A stretch of 64,000 nt of DNA from Eledone cirrhosa. Taxonomy: Eukaryota. Made by a program: the position numbers and the translations under genes. Shown in pieces: positions 51,201 to 63,000 of this stretch. The stretch lies in contig OZ024754.1 in the NCBI GenBank assembly GCA_964016885.1, forward strand, positions 22,878,001 to 22,942,000. The letters run 5' to 3'. The number at the start of each line of letters is the position of its first letter. The stretch's first letter is position 1. The notes beneath the pieces were generated by a model. It was given only the letters and a program-made list of their open reading frames with translations. It had not been told where the DNA came from and did not search any database.

Positions 51201-54200
51201 CTCCAGTCTAGGTGATATATCTCAGCTGTGGTAGGGAGTCACAGACTCTACACACCAGTCTAGGTGGTATATCTCAGCTGTGGTAGGGGGTCAGAGACTA
51301 CACCCCAGATTAGGTGGTATATCTCAGCTGTGGTAGGGAGTGGTAGACTTTACACGCCAGTCTAGATGGTATATCTCAGTTGTGGTAAGGAGTGGTACTC
51401 TACACCCCTGTCTAGGTGGTATATCTAAGCTGATGGAGGGAGTGACATACTACACCCCAGTCTACGTGGTATATCTAAGCTGTGTTAGGGTGTGACAGAC
51501 TCTACACCCCAGTCTAGGTGGTATATCTCAGCTGTTGGAGGGAGTGACAGACTCTAAACCCCTGTCTAGGTGGTATATCTCAGCTGGGAATGACAGACTC
51601 TACACTCCAGTGTCGGTGGTATATCTCAGCTGTGGTAGGGAGTGGTTGACTCTACACCCCAGTCTAGGTGGTATATCTCAGCTGTGGTAGGGAGTGACAG
51701 ACTCTACACCCCAGTCTAGGTGGTATATCTCAGGTGTGGTAGGGAGTGGTAGACTCTACACCCCTGTCTAGGTGGTATATCTCAGTTGTGTTAGGGTGTG
51801 ACATACTCTACACCCCAGTCTAGGTGGTATATCTAAGCTGTTGGAGGGAGTAGTAGACTCTACACCCCAGTCTAGGTGGTATATCTCAGCTGATGGAGGG
51901 AGTGACAGACTATACCCCAATCTAGGTGGTATATCTCAGCTGTGGTAGGGAGTGACAGACTACAGCCCAATCTAGGTGGTATATCTCAGCTTTGTTAGGG
52001 AGTGCCAGACTCTACACCCCAGTGTAGGTGGTATATCTCAGCTGTGATAGGGAGTGACAGACTACACCCTTGTCTAGGTGGTATATCTCAGCTGGGAATG
52101 ACAGACTCTACACTCCAGTGTAGGTGGTATATCTCAGCTGTGGTAGGGAGTGGTAGACTCTACACCCCAATCTAGGTGGTATATCTCAGCTGTGGTAGGG
52201 TGTGACGGACGCTACAACCCGGTTTAGGTGGTATATCTCAGCTGTTGGAGGGAGTGACATAGTCTACACCCCAATGTAGGTGGTATACCTCAGCTGTGGT
52301 AGGGAGTGACAGATTAGACCCCAGTTTAGGTGATATATCTCAGCTGTATTAGGGAGTGCCATACTCTAGACCCCAATTTAGGTGGTATATCTCAGCTGTG
52401 GGAGGGAGTGACAGACTCCACACCCCAGTCTAGGTGGTATATCTCAGCTGTGGTAGGGAGTGCCAGACTACACCCCTGTCTAGGTGGTATATCTCAGCTG
52501 GGAATGACAAACTGTACACTCCAGTGTAGGTGGTATATCTCAGCGGTGGTAGGGTGTGGTAGACTGTACACCCTGTCTAGGTGGTATATCTCAGTTGTGG
52601 TAGGGAGTGGTAGACTCTACAGCCCAGTCTAGGTGGTATTTCTCAGCTGTGTTAGGGAGTGACACACTCTACACCCCAGTCTAGGTGGTATATCTCAGTT
52701 GTGGTAGGGAGTGGTAGACTCTAAACCCTTGTCTAGGTGGTATATCTCTGCTGTGGTAGGGAATGGTAGACTACACCCAGTCTAGGTGGTATATATTCAG
52801 CTGGGAATGACAGACTCTACACCCCAGTCTAGGTGGTATATCTCAGTTGTGGTAGGGAGTGACAGACTCTACACCCCAGTCTAGGTGGTGTATCTAAGCA
52901 GTTGGAGCGAGTGGTAGATTCTACACCCCAGTCTAGGTGGTATATCTCAGCTGTGGTAGGGAGTGACAGACTCTACACCCCAGTCTATGTGGTATATTTC
53001 AGCTATGGTAGGGAGTGACAGACTTTACACCCCAGTCTAGGTGGTATATCTCAGCAGTGGTAGGGAGTGACAGACTCTACACCCCAGTCTAGGTGGTATA
53101 TCTCAGCTGTGGTAGGGAGTGACAGACTCTACACCCTTGACTAGGTGGTACTTCTCAGCTGTGGTAGGGAGTGACACAGTCTGCACCCCAGTCTAGGTGG
53201 CATATTTCAGCTGGGAGTGACAGACTCTACACCCCAGTCTAGGTGGTATATCTCAGTTGTGGTAGGGAGTGGTAGACTGTAAACCCCTGTCTAGGTGGTA
53301 TATCTCAGCTGTGGTAGGGAGTGACACACTCTACACCCCAGTGTAGGTGGTATATTTCAGCCGGGAATGACAGACTCTACACCCCAGTCTGGGTGGTATA
53401 TCTCAGCTGTGGTAGGGAGTGGTAGACTCTACACCCCAGTCTAGGTGGTATATCTCAGCTGTGGTAGGGAGTGACAGAATACGCCCCTGTCTAGGTGGTA
53501 TATTTCAGCTGTGGTAGGGAGTGACAAACTACAACCCAGTCTAGGTGGTATATCTCAGCTGATGGAGGGAGTGACAGACTACACCCCAGTCTAGGTGGTA
53601 TATCTCAGCTGTGGTAGGGAGTGGTAGACTATACACCCCAGTCTAGGTGGTGTATCACAGCTGGGAATCACAGATTCTACGCTCCAGTGTAGGTGGTATA
53701 TCTCTGCTGTGGCAGGGAGTGGTAGATTCTACACTCCAGTCTAGGTGGTATATCTCAGCTGTGGTAGGGAGTCACAGACTCTACACCCCAGTCTAGGTGG
53801 TATATCTCAGTGGTGGTAGGGAGTGGTAGAAGCTACACCCCTGTCTAGCTGGTATATCTAAGCTGTGGTAGGGTGTGACAGATTTTACACCCCTGTCTAG
53901 CTGGTATATCTCAGCTGTGGTAGGGAGTCACAGACTCTGCACCCCTGTCTAGGTTGTATATCTAAGCTGACGGAGGGAGTGACAGATTACACCCCAGTCT
54001 AGGTGGTATATCTAAGCAGTTGGAGGGAGTGGTAGATTCTACACCCCAGTCTAGGTGGTATATCTCAGCTGTGGTAGGGAGTGTTCGACTTTGCACCCCA
54101 GTATAGGTGGTATATCTCACCTGGGAGTGACAGATTCTGCACTCCAGTGTAGGTGGTACATCTCAGCTGTGGTAGGGAGTGCCAGACTCTACACCACAGT

Positions 54201-57020
54201 TTAGGTTGTATATGTCAGTTGTGGTAGTGAGTGACAGACTCTACACCCCAGTCTAGGTGGTATATCTCGCCTGGGAGTGACAGATTCTGCACCCCAGTGT
54301 AGGTGGTATATCTCAGCTGTGGCAGGGAGTGCCAGACTCTACACCACAGTTTAGGTTGTATATGTCAGTTGTGGTAGTGAGTGACAGACTCTACACCCCA
54401 GTCTGTGGTATACCTAAGCTGTTTGAGGGAGTGACAGATGCTACACCTCAGTCTAGGTGGTATATCTCACCTGGGAGTGACAGATTCTGCACCCCAGTGT
54501 AGGTGGTATATCTCAGCTGTTTGAGGGAGTGACAAATGCTACACCCCAGTCTAGGTGGTATATCTCACCTGGGAGTGACAGGCTCCGCACCCCAGTGTAG
54601 GTGGTATATCTCAGCTGTGGTAGGGAGTGACACACTCTATACTCCAGTCTAGGTGGTATATTTCAGCTGGGAGTGACAGACTCTGCTCCCCAGTCTAGAT
54701 GGTATATCTCAGTTGTTGGTAGGGAGTCACAGACTCTACACTCCAGTCTAGGTGGTATATCTCAGCTGTGGTAGGGAGTCACAGACTCTACACACCAGTC
54801 TAGGTGGTATATCTCAGCTGTGGTAGGGGGTCAGAGACTACACCCCAGATTAGGTGGTATATCTCAGCTGTGGTAGGGAGTGGTAGACTTTACACGCCAG
54901 TCTAGATGGTATATCTCAGTTGTGGTAAGGAGTGGTACTCTACACCCCTGTCTAGGTGGTATATCTAAGCTGATGGAGGGAGTGACATACTACACCCCAG
55001 TCTACGTGGTATATCTAAGCAGTTGGTGGGAGCGATAGATTCTACACCCCAGTCTAGGTGGTATATCTCAGCTGTTGGAGGGAGTGGTAGACTATACACC
55101 CCAGTCTAGGTGATATATCTAAGCTGTGGTAGGGTGTGACAGACTCTACACCCCTGTCTAGGTGGTTTAACTCAGCTGTGGTAGGGAGTCACAGACTCTA
55201 CACCCCAGTCTAGGTGGTATATCTAAGCTGTGGTAGGGTGTGACAGACTCTACACCCCTGTCTAGGTGGTTTAACTCAGCTGTGGTAGGGAGTCACAGAC
55301 TGTACACCCCTGTCTAGGTGGTATATCTCAGCTGTGGTAGGGAGTGGTAGACTCTACACCCTAGTCTAGGTGGTATATTTAAGCAGTTGGAGGGAGTGCT
55401 AGATTCTACACCCCAGTTTAGGTGGTATATCTCAGCTGTGGTAGGGAGTCACAGACTCTACACCCCAGTCTAGGTCGTATATCTCAGCTGGCAATGACAC
55501 TCTACACTCCAGTGTAGGTGGTATATCTCAGTTGTGGTAGGGAGTGGTAGACTCTACACCCCTGTCTAGGTGGTATATCTAAGCTGGGAGTGACGGACTC
55601 TACACCCCAGTCTAGGGGTGGTATATCTCAGTTGTGGTAGGGAGTGACAGATTCTACACCCCAGTTTAGGTGGTATATCTCAGCTGTTGGAGGGAGTGGT
55701 AGACTATACACCCCAGTCTAGGTGGTATATCTAAACTGTGGTAGGGTGTGACATACTCTACACCCCAGTCTAGGTGGTATATCTAAGCTGTTGGAGGGAG
55801 TGACAGACTCTACACTCTAGTCTAGGTGGTATATCTCAGCTGTGGTAGGGAGTGACAGACTAGACCCCTGTCGAGGTGGTATATCTCAGTTGTGGTAGGG
55901 AGTGACAGACTCTACACCACAGTCTAGGTGGTATATCTCAGCTGTGGTAGGGAGTGACAGACTCTACACCCCAGCCTAGGTGGTATATCTCAGCTGTTGG
56001 AGGGAGTGACAGAGTTTACACCCCTGTCTAGGTGGTACATCTCAGCTGCGGTAGGGAGTGGTAGACTCTACACCACAGTCTAGATGGTATATCTAACCTA
56101 GCAGTGACAGATTCCACACCCCTGTGTAGGTGGTATATCTCAGTTGTGGTAAGGAGTAACAGACTCTACACTCCCGTCGAGGTGGTATATCTCAGCTGTG
56201 GTAGGGAGTGCCAGACTCTACACCCCAGTTTAAGTGGTATATCTCAGCTGTTGGAGGGAGTGGTAGACTATACACCCCAGTCTAGGTGATATATCTCAGC
56301 TGTGGTAGGGAGTGACAGACTCTACACCCCAGTTTAGGTGGTATACCTCAGCTGTGGTAGGGAGTGGTAGACTCTACTCCCCAGTCTAGGTGGTATATCT
56401 AAGCTGTGGTAGGGAGTGGTAGACTCTACACCCCAGTCTAGGTGGTATATCTAAGCAGTTGGAGGGAGTGGTAGATTCTACACCCCAGTCTAGGTGGTAT
56501 ATCTCACCTGGGAGTTACAGACTCCACACCCCTGTCTCGGTGGTATTTCTCAGCTGTGGTAGGGAGTGTCACACTCTACACCCCAGTCTAGGTGGGATAT
56601 TTCAGCTGGGAATGAAAGACTCCACACCCCAGTGTAGGTGGTATATCTCAGCTGTGGTAGGGAGTCGTAGACTCTACACCCCAGTCTAGGGGTTATATCT
56701 CAGCTGGGAATGACAAACTCTACACTCCAGTCTAGGTGGTATATCACAGCTGTGGTAGGGAGTGGTAGACTCTACACGCCAGTTTAGGGATGGTATATCT
56801 CAGTTGTGGTAGGGAGTGGTAGACTATACACCCCTGTCTAGGTGGTATATCTCAGCTGTTGTAGGGAGTGGTAGACTATACACCCCAGTGTAGGTGGTAT
56901 ATCTCAGCTGTGGTAGGGAGCGGTAGACTCTACACTCCAGTCTAGGTGGTATATCACAGCTGTGGTAGGGAGTGGTAGACTCTACACACCTCTCTAGGTG
57001 GTATATCTCAGCTGTGGTAG
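40980..57020. repeat. 8,021-bp tandem duplication superimposed on the 5.4-kb HOR
   Basis: Constant offset of 8021 for independent markers: cgcctggg 41019/49040, gagtgtgacagactagac 42651/50672, ctttgttaggg 43969/51990, atgaaagact 48591/56612, and ORFs 44309/52330, 48083/56104, 48438/56459. Confidence 0.88.
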
Positions 57021-60000
57021 GGAGTGACAGACTCTACACCCCAGTCTAGGTGGGATATCTCAGGAGTGGTAGACTCTACACCCAAGTCTAGGGGTGGTAT
57101 ATCTCAGATGTGTTAGGGAGTGACAGACTCTGCAGCCCAGTTTAGGTGGTATATCTCAGCTGTTGGAGGGAGTGGTAGACTATACACCCCAGTCTAGGTG
57201 GTATATCTAAACTGTGGTAGTGTGTGACAGACTCTACCCCCTAGTCTAGATGGTATATCTCAGCTAGGAATGACAGACTCTACACTCCAGTGTAGGTGGT
57301 ATATCTCAGCTGTTGGAGGGAGTGACAGACGAGACCCCAGTCTAGGTGGTATACCTCAGCTGGGATTGACAGACTACACCCCAGTCTAGGTGGTATATCT
57401 CAATTGGGGTAGGGAGTGACAGACTACACCCCAGTCTAGGTGGTATATCTCAGCTGTGGTAGGCAGTGGTAGACTTTATACCCCAGTCCAGGTGGTATAT
57501 CTCAGCTGTGGTAGTGAGTGACACTCTACACCCCAGTTTAGGTGGTATATCTAAACTGTGGTAGTGTGTGACAGACTCTACCCCCTAGTCTTGATGGTAT
57601 ATCTCAGCTGGGAATGACAGACTCTACACTCCAGTGTAGGTGGTATATCTCAGGTGTTGGAGGAGTAACAGACGAGACCCCAGTCTAGGTGGTATACCTC
57701 AGCTGGGATTGACAGACTACACCCCAGTCTAGGTGGTATATCTCAGCTGGGGTAGGGAGTGACAGACTCTACACCCCAGTCTAGGTGGTATATCTCAGCT
57801 GTGGTAGGGAGTGGTAGACTCTACACCCCTGTCTAGGTGGTATATCTCAGCTGGCAGTGACAGACTCTACACCCCAGTCTAGGTGGTATATCTCAGCTGT
57901 TGGAGGGAGTGACAGACGAGACCCCAGTCTAGGTGGTATACCTCAGCTGGGATTGACAGACTACACCCCAGTCTAGGTGGTATATCTCAATTGGGGTAGG
58001 GAGTGACAGACTCTACACCCCAGTCTAGGTGGTATATCTCAGCTGTGGTAGGCAGTGGTAGACTTTATAACCCAGTCCAGGTGGTATATCTCAGCTGTGG
58101 TAGTGAGTGACACTCTACACCCCAGTTTAGGTGGTATATCTCAGCTGTGGTAGGGAGTGGTAGACTCTACACCCCAGTTTAAGTGGTATATCTCAGCTGT
58201 TGGAGGGAGTGGTAGACTATACACCCCAGTCTAGGTGATATATCTCAGCTGTGGTAGGGAGTGACAGACTACACCCCAGTTTTGGTGGTATATCTCAGCT
58301 GTGTTAGGGAGTGCCAGACTCTACACCCCAGTCTAGGTGGTATATCTCACCTGGGAGTGACAGACTCCACACCCCAGTTTAGGTGGTATATCTCAGCTGT
58401 GGTAGGGAGTGATAGACTCTACACCCCTGTCTAGGTGGTATATCTCAGCTATGGTAGGGAGTGGTAGACTCTACACCCCAGTCTAGGTGGTATATCTAAG
58501 CTGTGGTAGGGAGTGGTAGACTCTACTCCCCAGTCTAGGTGGTATATCTAAGCTGTGGTAGGGAGTGGTAGACTCTACACCCCAGTCTAGGTGGTATATC
58601 TAAGCAGTTGGAGGGAGTGGTAGATTCTACACCCTAGTCTAGGTGGTATATCTCAGCTGTGGTAGGGAGTGACAGACTCTACACCCCAGTCTAGGTGGTA
58701 TATCTAAGCAGTTGGAGGGAGTGGTAGATTCTACACCCCAGTCTAGGTGGTATATCTCACCTGGGAGTTACAGACTCCACACCCCTGTCTAGGTGGTATT
58801 TCTCAGCTGTGGTAGGGAGTGTCACACTCTACACCCCAGTCTAGGTGGGATATTTCAGCTGGGAATGAAAGACTCCACACCCCAGTGTAGGTGGTATATC
58901 TCAGCTGTGGTAGGGAGTCGTAGACTCTACACCCCAGTCTAGGGGTTATATCTCAGCTGGGAATGACAAACTCTACACTCCAGTCTAGGTGGTATATCAC
59001 AGCTGTGGTAGGGAGTGGTAGACTCTACACGCCAGTTTAGGGATGGTATATCTCAGTTGTGGTAGGGAGTGGTAGACTATACACCCCTGTCTAGGTGGTA
59101 TATCTCAGCTGTTGTAGGGAGTGGTTGACTATACACCCCAGTGTAGGTGGTATATCTCAGCTGTGGTAGGCAGCGGTAGACTCTACACTCCAGTCTAGGT
59201 GGTATAACACAGCTGTGGTAGGGAGTGGTAGACTCTACACACCTCTCTAGGTGGTATATCTCAGCTGTGGTAGGGAGTGACAGACTCTACACCCCAGTCT
59301 AGGTGGGATATCTCAGGAGTGGTAGACTCTACACCCACGTCTAGGGGTGGTATATCTCAGATGTGTTAGGGAGTGACAGACTCTGCAGCCCAGTTTAGGT
59401 GGTATATCTCAGCTGTTGGAGGGAGTGGTAGACTATTCACCCCAGTCTAGGTGGTATATCTAAACTGTGGTAGTGTGTGACAGACTCTACCCCCTAGTCT
59501 AGATGGTATATCTCAGCTAGGAATGACAGACTCTACACTCCAGTGTAGGTGGTATATCTCAGCTGTTGGAGGGAGTGACAGACGAGACCCCAGTCTAGGT
59601 GGTATACTTCAGCTGGGATTGACAGACTACACCCCAGTCTAGGTGGTATATCTCTGCTGGGGTAGGGAGTGACAGACTCTACACCCCAGTCTAGGTGGTA
59701 TATCTCAGCTGTGGTAGGGAGTGGTAGACTCTACACCCCTGTCTAGGTGGTATATCTCAGCTGGGAGTGACAGACTCTACACCCCTGTCTAGGTGGTATA
59801 TCTCAGCTGGGAGTGACAGACTCTACACCCCAGTCTAGGTGGTATATCTCAGCTGTTGGAGGGAGTGACAGACGAGACCCCAGTCTAGGTGGTATACCTC
59901 AGCTGGGATTGACAGACTACACCCCAGTCTAGGTGGTATATCTCAATTGGGGTAGGGAGTGACAGACTACACCCCAGCCTAGGTGGTATATCTCAGCTGT

Positions 60001-63000
60001 GGTAGGCAGTGGTAGACTTTATACCCCAGTCCAGGTGGTATATCTCAGCTGTGGTAGTGAGTGACACTCTACACCCCAGTTTAGGTGGTATATCTAAACT
60101 GTGGTAGTGTGTGACAGACTCTACCCCCTAGTCTTGATGGTATATCTCAGCTGGGAATGACAGACTCTACACTCCAGTGTAGGTGGTATATCTCAGGTGT
60201 TGGAGGAGTAACAGACGAGACCCCAGTCTAGGTGGTATACCTCAGCTGGGATTGACAGACTACACCCCAGTCTAGGTGGTATATCTCAGCTGGGGTAGGG
60301 AGTGACAGACTCTACACCCCAGTCTAGGTGGTATATCTCAGCTGTGGTAGGGAGTGGTAGACTCTACACCCCTGTCTAGGTGGTATATCTCAGCTGGCAG
60401 TGACAGACTCTACACCCCAGTCTAGGTGGTATATCTCAGCTGTTGGAGGGAGTGACAGACGAGACCCCAGTCTAGGTGGTATACCTCAGCTGGGATTGAC
60501 AGACTACACCCCAGTCTAGGTGGTATATCTCAATTGGGGTAGGGAGTGACAGACTCTACACCCCAGTCTAGGTGGTATATCTCAGCTGTGGTAGGCAGTG
60601 GTAGACTTTATAACCCAGTCCAGGTGGTATATCTCAGCTGTGGTAGTGAGTGACACTCTACACCCCAGTTTAGGTGGTATATCTCAGCTGTGGTAGGGAG
60701 TGGTAGACTCTACACCCCAGTTTAAGTGGTATATCTCAGCTGTTGGAGGGAGTGGTAGACTATACACCCCAGTCTAGGTGATATATCTCAGCTGTGGTAG
60801 GGAGTGACAGACTACACCCCAGTTTTGGTGGTATATCTCAGCTGTGTTAGGGAGTGCCAGACTCTACACCCCAGTCTAGGTGGTATATCTCACCTGGGAG
60901 TGACAGACTCCACACCCCAGTTTAGGTGGTATATCTCAGCTGTGGTAGGGAGTGATAGACTCTACACCCCTGTCTAGGTGGTATATCTCAGCTATGGTAG
61001 GGAGTGGTAGACTCTACACCCCAGTCTAGGTGGTATATCTAAGCTGTGGTAGGGAGTGGTAGACTCTACTCCCCAGTCTAGGTGGTATATCTAAGCTGTG
61101 GTAGGGAGTGGTAGACTCTACACCCCAGTCTAGGTGGTATATCTAAGCAGTTGGAGGGAGTGGTAGATTCTACACCCTAGTCTAGGTGGTATATCTCAGC
61201 TGTGGTAGGGAGTGACAGACTCTACACCCCAGTCTAGGTGGTATATCTAAGCAGTTGGAGGGAGTGGTAGATTCTACACCCCAGTCTAGGTGGTATATCT
61301 CACCTGGGAGTTACAGACTCCACACCCCTGTCTAGGTGGTATTTCTCAGCTGTGGTAGGGAGTGTCACACTCTACACCCCAGTCTAGGTGGGATATTTCA
61401 GCTGGGAATGAAAGACTCCACACCCCAGTGTAGGTGGTATATCTCATCTGTGGTAGGGAGTCGTAGACTCTACACCCCAGTCTAGGGGTTATATCTCAGC
61501 TGGGAATGACAAACTCTACACTCCAGTCTAGGTGGTATATCACAGCTGTGGTAGGGAGTGGTAGACTCTACACGCCAGTTTAGGGATGGTATATCTCAGT
61601 TGTGGTAGGGAGTGGTAGACTATACACCCCTGTCTAGGTGGTATATCTCAGCTGTTGTAGGGAGTGGTTGACTATACACCCCAGTGTAGGTGGTATATCT
61701 CAGCTGTGGTAGGCAGCGGTAGACTCTACACTCCAGTCTAGGTGGTATATCACAGCTGTGGTAGGGAGTGGTAGACTCTACACACCTCTCTAGGTGGTAT
61801 ATCTCAGCTGTGGTAGGGAGTGACAGACTCTACACCCCAGTCTAGGTGGGATATCTCAGGAGTGGTAGACTCTACACCCACGTCTAGGGGTGGTATATCT
61901 CAGATGTGTTAGGGAGTGACAGACTCTGCAGCCCAGTTTAGGTGGTATATCTCAGCTGTTGGAGGGAGTGGTAGACTATTCACCCCAGTCTAGGTGGTAT
62001 ATCTAAACTGTGGTAGTGTGTGACAGACTCTACCCCCTAGTCTAGATGGTATATCTCAGCTAGGAATGACAGACTCTACACTCCAGTGTAGGTGGTATAT
62101 CTCAGCTGTTGGAGGGAGTGACAGACGAGACCCCAGTCTAGGTGGTATAACTCAGCTGGGATTGACAGACTACACCCCAGTCTAGGTGGTATATCTCTGC
62201 TGGGGTAGGGAGTGACAGACTCTACACCCCAGTCTAGGTGGTATATCTCAGCTGTGGTAGGGAGTGGTAGACTCTACACCCCTGTCTAGGTGGTATATCT
62301 CAGCTGGGAGTGACAGACTCTACACCCCTGTCTAGGTGGTATATCTCAGCTGGGAGTGACAGACTCTACACCCCAGTCTAGGTGGTATATCTCAGCTGTT
62401 GGAGGGAGTGACAGACGAGACCCCAGTCTAGGTGGTATACCTCAGCTGGGATTGACAGACTACACCCCAGTCTAGGTGGTATATCTCAATTGGGGTAGGG
62501 AGTGACAGACTACACCCCAGCCTAGGTGGTATATCTCAGCTGTGGTAGGCAGTGGTAGACTTTATACCCCAGTCCAGGTGGTATATCTCAGCTGTGGTAG
62601 TGAGTGACACTCTACACCCCAGTTTAGGTGGTATATCTAAACTGTGGTAGTGTGTGACAGACTCTACCCCCTAGTCTTGATGGTATATCTCAGCTGGGAA
62701 TGACAGACTCTACACTCCAGTCTAGGTGGTATACCTCAGCTGGGGTAGGGAGTGACAGACTCTACACCCCAGTCTAGGTGGTATATCTCAGCTGTGGTAG
62801 GGAGTGGTAGACTCTACACCCCTGTCTAGGTGGTATATCTCAGCTGGCAGTGACAGACTCTACACCCCAGTCTAGGTGGTATATCTCAGCTGTTGGAGGG
62901 AGTGACAGACGAGACCCCAGTCTAGGTGGTATACCTCAGCTGGGATTGACAGACTACACCCCAGTCTAGGTGGTATATCTCAATTGGGGTAGGGAGTGAC

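Noticed and set aside
9661-56689. ORFs with repeated STPQSRWYISAVVGSDRLHP-type peptides
   Set aside because: Most monomer lengths (52/50/46/44) are not multiples of three, TAG stops recur, and the ORFs are chance read-throughs that cycle through all three frames.
9970-61915. Interstitial telomeric repeat (TTAGGG in gtgttaggg variants)
   Set aside because: Only isolated single hexamers made by one substitution of GTAGGG; never tandem.
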